Positions 52,526-64,000 of a stretch of 64,000 nt of DNA are shown here, piece after piece. Source of the DNA: Carcharhinus longimanus (Eukaryota). The stretch lies in contig JASCQW010000119.1 of NCBI GenBank assembly GCA_030264375.1, forward strand, positions 8,482,137 through 8,546,136, in the 5' to 3' direction. Numbering within the stretch: position 1 is the stretch's first letter; each line of letters begins with the position of its first letter. The notes beneath the pieces are model-generated. The model was not told the DNA's origin. It did no database searches and saw only the letters and a list, made by a program, of their open reading frames with translations. The position numbers and the translations under genes were made by a program.

Positions 52526-54786
52526 TGAATCCATGGACATTCATTTAAAAAATGACGCTACTGCAAAGCAACTGAAATAATGTCCGAAAAAAAAACAGCT
52601 ATCTGAAGAACGTCCTTCTGGGTGCATTAATTTACACTATACGCTACAGCAAGCTGTCATGAATCAGGACATTTATTGAAAATCAACATTCCTGTGGAAT
52701 TTCAATGGAATAAACAGTCACTTGGAAAAGGGCACTGCCATAAACAGTCAGATAAACATTACCATTCTGTTAGCTGGCATTTAAATATTTTTTTTCCCAA
52801 ATGGTCGCTTACTCAATGCCCATTGGAGAAATATCAATTCAATAATGCCAGTATATGAACAGGCAATTGGATAGCGGCCTACAGAATGCAGTCCTATAAA
52901 TGGTGCCCTACAGAAAACAACCTTTGAAACAGTGCCCATTTGCAACAATCATTGAAACAATGTCTGAAAATAATTTAAACGGTGCCTTCTAGAAAACATT
53001 ATTTTAATAAATGCGTACAGTAAGAAGAATATAAAATGAGACTAAACTAAAAGATAATATTTAAACAATAAGCGAGAAAAAAAAGATGTTAAGAATGCTT
53101 TTTAAACATCGTTTAAAACGAGCCCTTCTCTAAAACTCACTGACTCAATGCCCAAGGAGAAAGTTATTGACGCAGTGCCCTCCAATAAACGGGTAGTTCA
53201 GCATTACCCAGGAGTAAAATGTTATTCTAAATCTGCCATGGACAGTAATTAAAAGAAAATGCCTTGGAATAAACAATCATTCTGACTGATACTCGGCAGA
53301 GTACAAATTTTTCTTCAGTACCCTGCATTTAATAATTCATTAAGAAGTGCACATCTGTGAAAAAATATGTAAACACATTACTGCCGTAATCTGCATTGAA
53401 AACAATTACCGAGAATGAAAAGAAGGCCTCCTACAGGATAGAAAGAATAAAAAAAAACAAAGACCACTTCAGGACACAACCAATGAACAATAATTTTGAA
53501 AGTGCCAGTCAGTAAACAATTGCTAAAGGTGAAAAAAAAAAGACATTGAAATATGTCAGCAGTGTCGTACGGCAAATCATCATTCGTGCAGTCTGAAACA
53601 GTCATTAATTTTTTAGTAAACCATCATGTAACTAGCTATGGGCACTAAACAGTAATTTGACCATGCCTGAAGTAACACTGGTCTCTGAAACCATTCATTT
53701 AAGCAGAGCAATTCAGAAACATAGTAGTTAAATAATTTCAGAACTTAAACTGCCTGCTGCATATTGTCGTCGATTGCGCCATCATCTTAATGGTGCACCA
53801 TTTTATATTGTCATTCCAAATCTTTCCTAAAGCGGCCTCTGCTGCGCATAGCTTCGAGAGCTAAACCATCATTCAAAGAGTTCCTAATATGGAATATTAA
53901 AAAGTAAGTCAACTGTGCCCTATAGTAAACCATCATTTGTACAGTGCCACTTATTCAACAGTCACTGAGAAGTGTCATGCAGTTAGCACAAACATATTTT
54001 AGACATGCCTTTTCAATTTATGTCGTGCAAAAAACTGTAAACAAAATAATGGCCGCCAATGGTCAGTTATTTACATCGTGCCGGTCGGTGAAAACAAAAA
54101 ACTTTTGAACCGTGTCCTACTATGAATATTTATTTAAACAGAGGTGGATGTTTGATGAACCATATAAACAGTCCCACACTGCAAATAGTTAGCTCAATAG
54201 TGCCCCACAGTTAGCGGTCAATTGAATAGTGACCATGAATGAACAGTCGCGTTAAATTGAACGTTCAGTGAAACACAAACATTCTCGAAAACGTCTTTAA
54301 GTAATGCCTGCCGTATTCATCACGGAAACACTGCCTTGTCAAGAGAAATAAACTAGGTCAAATAATGTCATGCTGTAGGCACTCAGTTCAAGAGGTTCTA
54401 ACAGCAAATAAGCATTTCAATCGTCCCATTCTGCTTGCAAACTTGTAAAGAATGTCTGACATTAAAACTAAATCCCTACCCTACGGTACACAATCGTTTC
54501 GACAGTCGTCTTTACACAAATATACCATTTTCACAGTGCAATTTTCCCTTTCAGAGTGTTCCATAATTAACTATAATTTAAACAGTGACCTAAATAAACA
54601 ATCGTCTTAATCAGACGCTCCAGAAAATATTCATTGAACTCGAGTCCTTCTTGAAGCAGTCATTTAAAGCGTGCCTTACAATAACCAGACATTGGAGCCG
54701 TGTCCTCAATTAAAAATAAATAATTAAGAAAAAACTCCCATCCAGAATGTCAATCAAGAAGAGTTTTTTTTTCAGAAAAATGTCTG

Positions 54787-54987
54787 ACATAAGAACACAA
54801 GAAATAGGAGCAGGAGTCGGCCACTCGCCATTCGAGCCTGCCCCGCAATTCAGTAAGATCATGGCTGATCTGAAGTGGATCAGTTCCACTTTCCCGCTTT
54901 CTCCCCTTAACCCTTAATTTCCCTGTCTATTAGAAACATATCTAGCCGTGACTTAAATATATTCAGCGAGGTAGGCTACGCCACTTC
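54787..54987 (-). mobile_element. CR1 3' end running into gap
   Basis: acataagaacacaagaaataggagcaggag...atggctgatct; reverse counterpart of the tail at 60725-60810. Confidence 0.85.
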
Positions 54988-57900
54988 NNNNNNNNNNNNN
55001 NNNNNNNNNNNNNNNNNNNNNNNNNNNNNNNNNNNNNNNNNNNNNNNNNNNNNNNNNNNNNNNNNNNNNNNNNNNNNNNNNNNNNNNNNNNNNNNNNNNN
55101 NNNNNNNNNNNNNNNNNNNNNNNNNNNNNNNNNNNNNNNNNNNNNNNNNNNNNNNNNNNNNNNNNNNNNNNNNNNNNNNNNNNNNNNNNNNNNNNNNNNN
55201 NNNNNNNNNNNNNNNNNNNNNNNNNNNNNNNNNNNNNNNNNNNNNNNNNNNNNNNNNNNNNNNNNNNNNNNNNNNNNNNNNNNNNNNNNNNNNNNNNNNN
55301 NNNNNNNNNNNNNNNNNNNNNNNNNNNNNNNNNNNNNNNNNNNNNNNNNNNNNNNNNNNNNNNNNNNNNNNNNNNNNNNNNNNNNNNNNNNNNNNNNNNN
55401 NNNNNNNNNNNNNNNNNNNNNNNNNNNNNNNNNNNNNNNNNNNNNNNNNNNNNNNNNNNNNNNNNNNNNNNNNNNNNNNNNNNNNNNNNNNNNNNNNNNN
55501 NNNNNNNNNNNNNNNNNNNNNNNNNNNNNNNNNNNNNNNNNNNNNNNNNNNNNNNNNNNNNNNNNNNNNNNNNNNNNNNNNNNNNNNNNNNNNNNNNNNN
55601 NNNNNNNNNNNNNNNNNNNNNNNNNNNNNNNNNNNNNNNNNNNNNNNNNNNNNNNNNNNNNNNNNNNNNNNNNNNNNNNNNNNNNNNNNNNNNNNNNNNN
55701 NNNNNNNNNNNNAAATGAAAGCGAGTTTACAGTAGTAAAAAAAACAAACTTAGTTTGCATCTAATAGTAAAAACTCATTTAAACAATTTTCATGAGTAAT
55801 CACGTGAAGAGCGCGTGACGTTCAAACAACCCTTTCGATGAAAAAGTCTTATTATTTTTTAAGTATTCATTTATCAAAGCCTCAATAAGCAGTCATTTCA
55901 GTCGTGTAAGTTTGTCACTACTCATTTAAACAGAGTCATATGGTAAACAAGTGGGTTGCGGCAAAGGTGTCACGTCAGCATCGTCCTAAAACAAACAGTA
56001 ATTCACATCTAACAAAAACTCATGCTTACAATACAAAAATAAATAAAGAAATTCAGGCATTAAACGTGTGGGCTGCAGAAAACGACCAGTTAATGATTTT
56101 TAAACATTACAAAAGCAGCATTTCTTTACGGCGGGGCTGGGGGGTGGCGGGGCGGGGGGGCGCTGTGGAGGGGGTATACTTTCAGCAGAACACACTTCTG
56201 GTGGAAATTGCAGTTAAACATTCATCAAAAGTAAACAATCATTTAAGCATGGGCCCACTATAAACAGTCACAACTAAAATGATCTGCATTATTTAACCTT
56301 TTAAATAATACCATATAGGGATCAAACATTTCGCCAGCGGTCTCCATTGAATATATCATTTATGCAGTACCCTAATACAAATAATCAATTAAAATATTTC
56401 AGGAAGTAAACAATCAATTAAACATAATAATGGAGCACGGGATCAAGGAGATATTGCCCTTTGGAGAACCTTTATTTAACTACATCTCTTGCAGCAACCA
56501 CGTAAATGGTGTCCAAAAATCAAGCATCATTTCCACACAGCTAATGAATAAGTCGTTATTTCAAACAACTGACGATTGTATAATGTGCCGTGCAGCAAAT
56601 AGAACGTCAAGCAGTGCCTTGCAGTTTGAAGATATTTAACAGCGTCATGCAATCAAACATAACTTGAACAGTTTTATTTAGTTTTGTTGAAGAATCATTT
56701 TTCCCAACCCTACATAAAACAGAAGTTTAAACAGGGTCATGCAGTGAGGTTAACAGATTGTTGTCTGAAACATTCCTGCAGAGAATGTTCAGCAAAAAAA
56801 AAACAACAAATAATGTCAAAAAAATCCCACAGCAAAATACATGTGTAAACAATATCCGAGTGAAAATAACTCGTTTAAAGAGGATCCGGAACACGCAATC
56901 ATTTAGCAGTGTCTTACATGGAAATAATACGAATAATTTAACGCTAACTTACAGCAACTATTCAATTAAAGTGTGCCTTTCTGTGAACGATCAAGTGCAC
57001 AGCAAAAAAAAAACACAGAAAGTGCTGGAAGCGAGAGAATGCAGCGGAGATTTCGAGCGTGGATGGTCCTCAGTTTAGATCCCAGCTTCTGCAATGTTTT
57101 ACATTTAGTCACGGATACACTCCTGTGTGGGACATTATATATTGCCTGCTATCAGCAATAATTTAACAGTTTCCAGAGTGAAAATTAATTGAAACGTGCG
57201 CCGACATTAACCCAAAAATCAAATAATATCAAAAATATTGTCCTGCAGCAGACAATCATTCAAGTAGTGTCTACATTCATTTAAAACTTGCCATACATTA
57301 AGCCGTCATTTCTTCACTTCCTTGTATTAAAAATGCATAATTGAAAATAAACGATATCTTAACACTGTCCTACTGCTAACTATTGTAAATTGTCCTGCAA
57401 TACACCATAATTTCAGCAACAACTTTCTATTAACGAAAATGTAAGCAACATTCTGAATTTTTTTAAAAAACGGTTCTTGTTAGTAACCAACGATCTAACA
57501 AGTGCCGTGCAATGAATAGTGAATCCTGTGGAAAAATATCACCAATGTTGCCCCTGCAAAATCCTGGAATATCTTGCAACATTGCCATGAACACGTGGAA
57601 ATTAGTCGTTTTAGAACACACTTACTGGAAAAAGAATTAAATGCGATGGTGCCAATCATGCCGGGCATCGCAGGATATAGCATATAGATACCAAGCATAA
57701 ACCGTGGATGGTGTGCAAATTATCCAGTTTGTTCCACCCGCCCACCTCATCAAACATCTACTGTCAACCCTGTGCAGGGTTCTGAGGTTTCTGGATTGGA
57801 CTATTTAGCCACAACAGAACCCAGTTCCTGAAATTCAAAGGTAGTCATCCTTGACCCTGCATGGCTGGCAAAACGGCAACAGAGATAGAGAGAACAGCTA

Positions 57901-58195
57901 TTTGAACGATGCCCTTCTGTAAACCATCATTCAAACTTTTCCCTTGAGCATTCTCGTATAAAAAGAGCTTTAAAGAAAAATATATTTCAGTGATGTCACC
58001 CTGCATAACACATCGATTTAAACAATGCCATTCTGCAAGCGACCATTTAAACAGTGCCATAGAAGTGGGGTTGAGAGGGGTGGGGAGTGTAGTATTCTGT
58101 CGCCGATATGCTCCATCCTTTAAAAAAACGAACCCCACAACTTGTATTCATTTAACTATTTCCCGACATCAAACAAATAATATTTATCCTGTGTC

Positions 58196-58464
58196 CTACT
58201 CTGAGCACAGTAAAAAGTCTGACAACACCAGGTTTTAGTCCAACCTATTTATTTGATAATATTCTCACAAGCTTTCGNNNNNNNNNNNNNNNNNNNNNNN
58301 NNNNNNNNNNNNNNNNNNNNNNNNNNNNNNNNNNNNNNNNNNNNNNNNNNNNNNNNNNNNNNNNNNNNNNNNNNNNNTTGGACTAAAACCTGGTGTTGTC
58401 AGACTTTTTACTGTGTTTACGCCAGTCCAACGCCAGCATACCCACATCATGACTACTCTGAGCA
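58196..58464. mobile_element. Short hairpin Penelope-derived element with flanking direct repeat
   Basis: Perfect 38-bp inverted repeat at 58206-58243 and 58378-58415; CTACTCTGAGCA at 58196 and 58453. Confidence 0.8.
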
Positions 58465-58699
58465 GTCAGTTATGCCTGAAATTAAGCACTGGTTAATATA
58501 TTGTGGTAAATTAGCAGCCCAATAACATCGTCAATCCTGAAATAGTCATTTAAACATTCCTGCAATAATAAGTCATTCAAAAAACATAACTTCAGTAGAA
58601 ACAAACATTTTAATAGTGTCCTTCTATTAACATTCATAATGGTGCCCTGCAGTTAACAATGGATGCCCAGAGAGAAATATAAAAGCTTGACTACCATAA

Positions 58700-60810
58700 T
58701 GTTTTGCAATTCCACTCTCGGTATCTGCATACCAATGTCGGCGGATTGTTCAGTGCCGATATCCTTCGTATCCAGTCGCTGATCACGATCGACCATCTCT
58801 CAATGCAGGGCTACTTAATCCACATGCCCAGCTTAAGACTCCGTGACAGGTGTTTCAATGTGATCACCAAAATCCAAGTAATTATTTGAAATTCCGAAAT
58901 AAAACCAACACCCCCATGTAAGACGTGAATTTTAGAAGGGACAGACTCAAGAATAAAAATCTAGGGACAGGCCAGGTCTCCAGAGTTACAAATGGAGGTG
59001 TTCGAGAGTGACCGGCGTCTTGATGTTGGGGAAATGGGCTCTGCATAGTATGTCGACGTTGGTACGCCTATACTGAGGGTAGTGATTAAGCTTGAAAAGC
59101 AGAAATGTAGCACAGAATCAATTTTTTCCCACAGACCCACCTCAACAAATCTCACTTGCCAAATACTTTGCCTCAGTATAGGACGACTCAGCTATCGCAG
59201 AAGCGCATCGTTGTGCATGAGGGACTGTCAAAGAGAGAGCGTGGTATTCTTTTCTCCAGTAGCGTTGCACACCCCAGGGTACTAAAACGATGGTGGGGAA
59301 AATAGCAAATGCACGAGAGGTGATTTGCCAAAATTCACTGGATTCTGGGGTGTTTCCGCAGATTGCAAAACAGCAAATGTAATGTCATTGTTTGAAAAGA
59401 AGGGGAGGTAGACAAAAGTCAGTTAACTATAGGCCGTTTAGTTTAACTCATGTAATAGCGAAAATGCTTGAATGTATCATCAAGGAAGAAATAGCCAGAT
59501 ATCTTAATATAAAGTGTCCCGTTGGAAGAAACTGCATGGTTCATGAAAGGCAGGGCATGTTGGCCTAATATGGTGGAATTCGTTGACAACATTACATGCG
59601 CAGTAGACAATGGGGACCCTGTAGATGTGGTATATCTGTATTCCCAGAAGGCATTTGAAATATTTCCACACCAAAGATTGCTGCATAAGACAAAGGAACA
59701 TGGTGTTAGGTTAATGTATTAGCATGGATAGACGATTGGTGAACTAAAAGAAAACAAAGAGTGGGTTAAAAGGGCATTTCTTTGTGTTTGGCGATCAGTG
59801 TCTAGTGGTGTAACTCAGGGATCCGTGTTGGGATCGCATTGTTTTCGACTCACATCAATGATTTGGAATTGGGGGGCAAATGTAAGTTGTCAAATTTCGC
59901 GGAGGAAACTAAGATGAGTGGCAGAGCAAAGTGTGCAGAGGACGTTGAAATTCTACAAAGGAGCATAAATAGTCTAATTGAATGGACGAGGTTCTGGCAG
60001 ATGTAATAAATGTCAGGTCATCCATTTTGATAGGAATAGGAACAAAATGGACTATTATATAAATAGTAAGAAAATGCAGCATGCTACTGCGCAGAAAGAC
60101 CTGTGTGTCTTTGTGCAAGAACCACAAGGAGTCGGTTTGCATGTTCAGCAGGTAATTAAGAAGGTAACAAAGAATTGTCTCCTTCATTGCCAGAGGGATG
60201 GTCTTTAAGACAGCGAGAGTATGTTGCAGCAGCATAAGGTGATGGTGAGGCGACACCTCGAGTACTGCATGCAATTTTGGCCACCTCACATGAGAAACGA
60301 GACTGGCGCTGAAGAGGACGCAAAGGAGATTCCCTTGGTTGATTCCGAAGTTGAGAAGTTTGGCTAAAGAGGAGAGACTGGGTAGGCTGGGGCTATACTC
60401 AATGAAGCTCAGGAGAATGAAGGGCGATCTTATAGAAACATGCAAGATTATGAAGAGAACAGATAAGATGCAAAGAGGGAAGTTGTTTCCGCTGGCCGGT
60501 GAAACTAAAGCTAGTGGGGCATAGCTTCAAAATGAGGGGGAGCACATTTAGGACAGAGTGGGGGTGGAACTTCTTCACACAAAGGGTTGTGAATCTGTGG
60601 AATACCCTGCCCAGTGAAACGGTTGAGGCTACCTGATTGATAGGCAAGCATAAATAGATTTTTGAACAGTAAAGTAATTAATGGTTATGATGAGCGGACA
60701 AGTAAGTGGAGCTGAGTTCATGAAAAGATCAGCCATGTTCTTACTGAATGATGGAGCACGCCCGATGGGCCTGATGACTTCGTCCTGCTCCTAGGCCATA
60801 TGTTCTTATG
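58700..60810 (+). mobile_element. Internally deleted, degenerate CR1 ORF2 and 3' UTR
   Basis: YLHTNV start, NYRPFSL, VDVVYLYSQKAF, GVTQGSVLG, VRRHLEYCMQFW, RRMKGDLIE; tail tatgttcttatg. Confidence 0.9.
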
Positions 60811-62279
60811 ACTATAATCATTCAATCTGTGCCCTTGAGCAATGCCTTTGAAATAGAGAACAAAAAGAATAATCACGTTACTACCGCCCTTCAGCGAATA
60901 CTCAATTAAAAGAAGTGTCCTTCTACAAACATTCCTTCAAACAGCGTCAAACGGGAAAACAATACAATATTAAAACCATGGGCCTGAAGTAAGCAGCCAT
61001 AAGAAGATAACTTAATACAAAACAGTCTTGCAATAGTGTTATGTATTAAAAAAAGGTTAAATTGTTCCCAACTCTAGACTGCCATTTCACTTGTGAGCTG
61101 CAGTAAATATTAATTCAGATAGTGCTAACAGTAAACATACACTTAGTATTGTCCTACAACCAGCAGATATGCAAATAGCGCCCTTTTGCAACACATCTTT
61201 CCAACAGTGCACGATTGTACATCGACATTTGACCAGCCTTAGAGTAAGCAACCATTTATATGTAGTGCAACCGTAAAAATAAGTGGTATCGATGATACAA
61301 TGCCCTACATTGAACATAAATGAAAACGTGTGTCTGCATTACATAGTTTGTAAATAGCCAAGGTGTCCCGAAGATATTTTTTTAAATGAAAATTCAGTTA
61401 AAATTGTTCGAAACTAGGTTCTCCAACAACCACTGTCTCAATGAAACAGATAATTAGCAGGGTACGTTGACAATAATAATTTAAACAGAGACTTACAGTA
61501 AACAGTTATTTAAAAATATGTCCCACTGCGAAGAGAAAAAAAAAATCTTCAGTTAGTATTTCTTTAATTTGTGTGGTAAAGTAAGAAAGCATGTTAATGA
61601 TGTACTACAGAATGCAAAGATCTCAGCAGATCCTGCACGTAACAGTAACTCACAGATAAAATCACTTCAGAAAGTAAGCCTACTAGTTAAATACACTCAT
61701 TTCAAATGTCCCCGACAACTAAATGTAATTTACAATTGCGTTCTTCATTAAATGACCGTTTTTTCCAGACAAGCAAATAACAATTATATAAACAATGACC
61801 GAGAATAATTGGTCAGTTAAAAATGCGTGAAAAACAATACGCCATTTTAACGGCACCATGTAGAAAATCTAAGCCATGCCATTCTGTAAACAATCATTTC
61901 AATAGTATCCCATATTGAAACATCATTTAGACAGCTCCAGACAGTATACAGTCCTATAAAAGATGCCTCACAGTAAAAAAAAGTTTTATTTTAAGCTGTG
62001 CTTATCTGCAATAATCATTGAACAAGTGCCCCTCTGCAACCAAAGCAAATGAACAATTATCTTAAATTCGTGTTATCTTCTTGTAAATAACGAGTGAATT
62101 TAATTCGAATTCTATAATATGCAACGCGTATTTCCAAACTATTTAGTGTAAGCTGTCATATCAGCAATGTCCTTGTTACAATATGATGTGCAGATGCCGG
62201 CGCTGGACTAGGGTATACATAGCATGAATTCTTAGAACACCATGATAAATTCCAATGGGCTTGTTTGGTAACTAAAACG

Positions 62280-62314
62280 ACTAGCTTTCGGACCCCTGCT
62301 CCGTCGTCAGGTAA
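62280..62314 (-). ncRNA. Minimal hammerhead ribozyme-like motif (degenerate)
   Basis: Reverse strand reads CTGACGA-CGGAGCAGGGGTCC-GAAA-GCTAG. Confidence 0.5.
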
Positions 62315-63876
62315 GTGGGAGTTATGCTCACAAACAGGGCATCTAAAGACGCAAACTCAATTTCCAAATAATGGTTGGAATGTTTGTCTTTACAGGTAAT
62401 CAAGTTTTAAAGTTGCAGAAAATGTGAGTGGAGAGAGAATTAAGCACAGGTTAAAGAGATGTGCATTGCCTCCCGACAGGACAGTTAATGAGATTTGAAA
62501 ATCCAGGCAAGCCTTGCGTGGTTACTGATACTGTGTCATTAACCCATGATCTCGGTTGAGGCCGCCCTTATATGTACGGAACTTGGTTATCATACAATGC
62601 GTTGTCGTGTGTCGCAAAGGCCGCCTTGAAGAATACTGACCCGAAGACCAGAGGCCAAATGCCCGTGGCCGCTGAAGTGTTCTGCAACAGGAAGAGAACA
62701 ATCTCGCCTGGTGATTGTCCAGACGTCTTCCTTCATCTGCTGTTGTAGATTCTGCATGGACTCCCCAATGTACCATGCCTCGTGAAATTCTATCCTGCAA
62801 CCTCTCGTTTAGGCAATGTTGTCCGAGTTGCAAGAGTATGTATGGTGTACCGGATGGATGGTGTTATCATGTGAGATGATGGTATCAGTTTCAACGATCC
62901 GGCATGTCTTGTAGAGGTTGTTCTGGCAGGGTTGTATGGTGTCATTCTCACTGTTCTCCTGAAGTCTGCATAGTTTGTTGCGGATAATGGTCTGTTTGAG
63001 GTTGTGCGTTGAAGGTCAGAGTGCCCTTCACAGTCCAGTGCTCCCACGTCCCCCCCCCCCCGCCCCCAACACACACACACACAGAAACGACGAGATGTTC
63101 TCTGGAGCATTCAACATGTCATTGATGAGAACGAACATCTCGCCAAGGCCATCCCCACAAACTCACTAATTGCCGTCTAACAACCACACAACCTTAAGCA
63201 GACCATTGTCCACAACAAACTCCCAAGACTTCAGGAGAACAGTGACCACAACACCATATTGCCACAACAACCTCTGTAAGCCATGCTGGTTCATCGACAT
63301 GGGTGGCATCATCTTACGTGAGAAAACCGTCCACCAGGTACACGGTACATCGTCTGGCAACTAGGTCAATGTTGTCTGCCTGATACGCTGCAGGAAAGGA
63401 TGGCTCGAAGCATGGTACCCTGGGGCGACCATGCAGATCCTATAATAACGGATGAATGGACACCAGTCGACAATAACGAGGCAAGAGTGCTCTCTCCCTG
63501 TTGGAGAACACTTCAGCGGTCAGGGGCATTCGGCCTCTGATTATCGGGTTAGCGTTCTCCAAGGCGGTCTTGATGACACACGACAATGCAGAGTCGCTGA
63601 GCAGAGAGTGATAGCCAAGTTCCGCACACATGAGGACGGCCTCAACCGGAAACGTAGGTCCATGTCACAATGTCTGTCACCCCCACGGCTTGCCTGGGGT
63701 TGCAAAATCTCACTAAACATCATGTCTGGAGACAATAAACATGTTTTTAACCTGTGCTTAATGCTCTCTCCACTCACATTTGCTGAATCTTTGAGTACCT
63801 GTGAAGACTCGCATTTCAACCTTAATTTTGTATATTGCTTTTGAGTCTTTATACGTCCTGCTTGAGAACAGAACTC

Positions 63877-63910
63877 TCACTGACGAAGAGCAGCGCTCCG
63901 AAAGCTTGTG
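63877..63910 (+). ncRNA. Minimal hammerhead ribozyme-like motif
   Basis: CTGACGA (63880-63886), stem GAGC-agc-GCTC, GAAA (63900-63903), GCTT, GTG; located in a Penelope terminal repeat, where such motifs are known. Confidence 0.6.
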
Positions 63911-64000
63911 GCTTTTGCTTGCAAATAAACATGATGGACTTTAACCTGGTGTTGCAAGACTTCTTGTTTTTAAAACACCGACATATTGAGTCTTTCAGTG

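Larger units (their letters stand above)
47350..62170 (+). repeat. Ancient degenerate ~29-bp tandem array (approx. CAGTAAACAATCATTTAAACAGTGCCCTA), interrupted by retroelements
   Basis: CCTACAG at 52878 and 52907; GTGCCC at 52903 and 52932; TAAA at 48476, 48506, 48536; 29-bp step at 61944 and 61973. Confidence 0.85.
62185..63965. mobile_element. Head-to-head pair of 5'-truncated Penelope-like elements (GIY-YIG ends plus terminal repeats), ~1.8-kb imperfect palindrome
   Basis: Minus arm ...ITKFRTYKGGLNRDHGLM; plus arm MNGHQSTITRQECSLPVGEHFSGQGHSASD...IAKFRTHEDGLNR; UTRs are mutually inverted. Confidence 0.88.

Noticed and set aside
54963-55760. 265-aa ORF and other ORFs spanning N runs
   Set aside because: They are open only because N codons contain no stops.
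47350-62170. CRISPR-like interpretation of the 29-bp repeat
   Set aside because: Units are tandem without unique spacers, there are no cas genes, and the context is eukaryotic.

Overview
This is AT-rich, gapped eukaryotic DNA. The repeat set (CR1 LINEs, tRNA-headed V-domain SINEs, GIY-YIG Penelope-like elements, Rex/Babar and Gypsy fragments) points to a vertebrate, most likely a shark; that assignment is from recalled repeat patterns, not a search. The ORF track shows only one convincing host coding segment, a B30.2 (PRY-SPRY) terminal exon at 46527-47047 (+). Reading splice signals by hand reveals about 16 symmetric phase-1 micro-exons (21-36 nt) spread over 43 kb upstream of it. They splice in frame into a ~155-aa charged, mostly coiled-coil stalk: (E)CHALKDIIEEK-DQALAKKDK-EIQKLEDKLTDQ-ELEKLRKKLQDC-ELKISSATR-ENQQSNNDT-ELSPDSKLS-ELENFKAKC-KKELEVKDI-ELQRLKETHK-DADDESDIIS-ELAKLRQKY-IDASEKIL-DLQDKLQDARTT-ACKYSGK-DFKEVSRHK-VPLVLNT...B30.2. 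This looks like the 3' half of a butyrophilin/BG-like gene with an unusually long modular tail; the 5' exons appear to lie upstream of the window. Other structure: a degenerate 27-bp intronic array, a ~15-kb degenerate 29-bp array downstream of the gene, stop-containing cassettes in the last intron, and head-to-head Penelope-like pairs, one with minimal hammerhead motifs. All exon calls are by eye and need RNA-seq; repeat boundaries are approximate.
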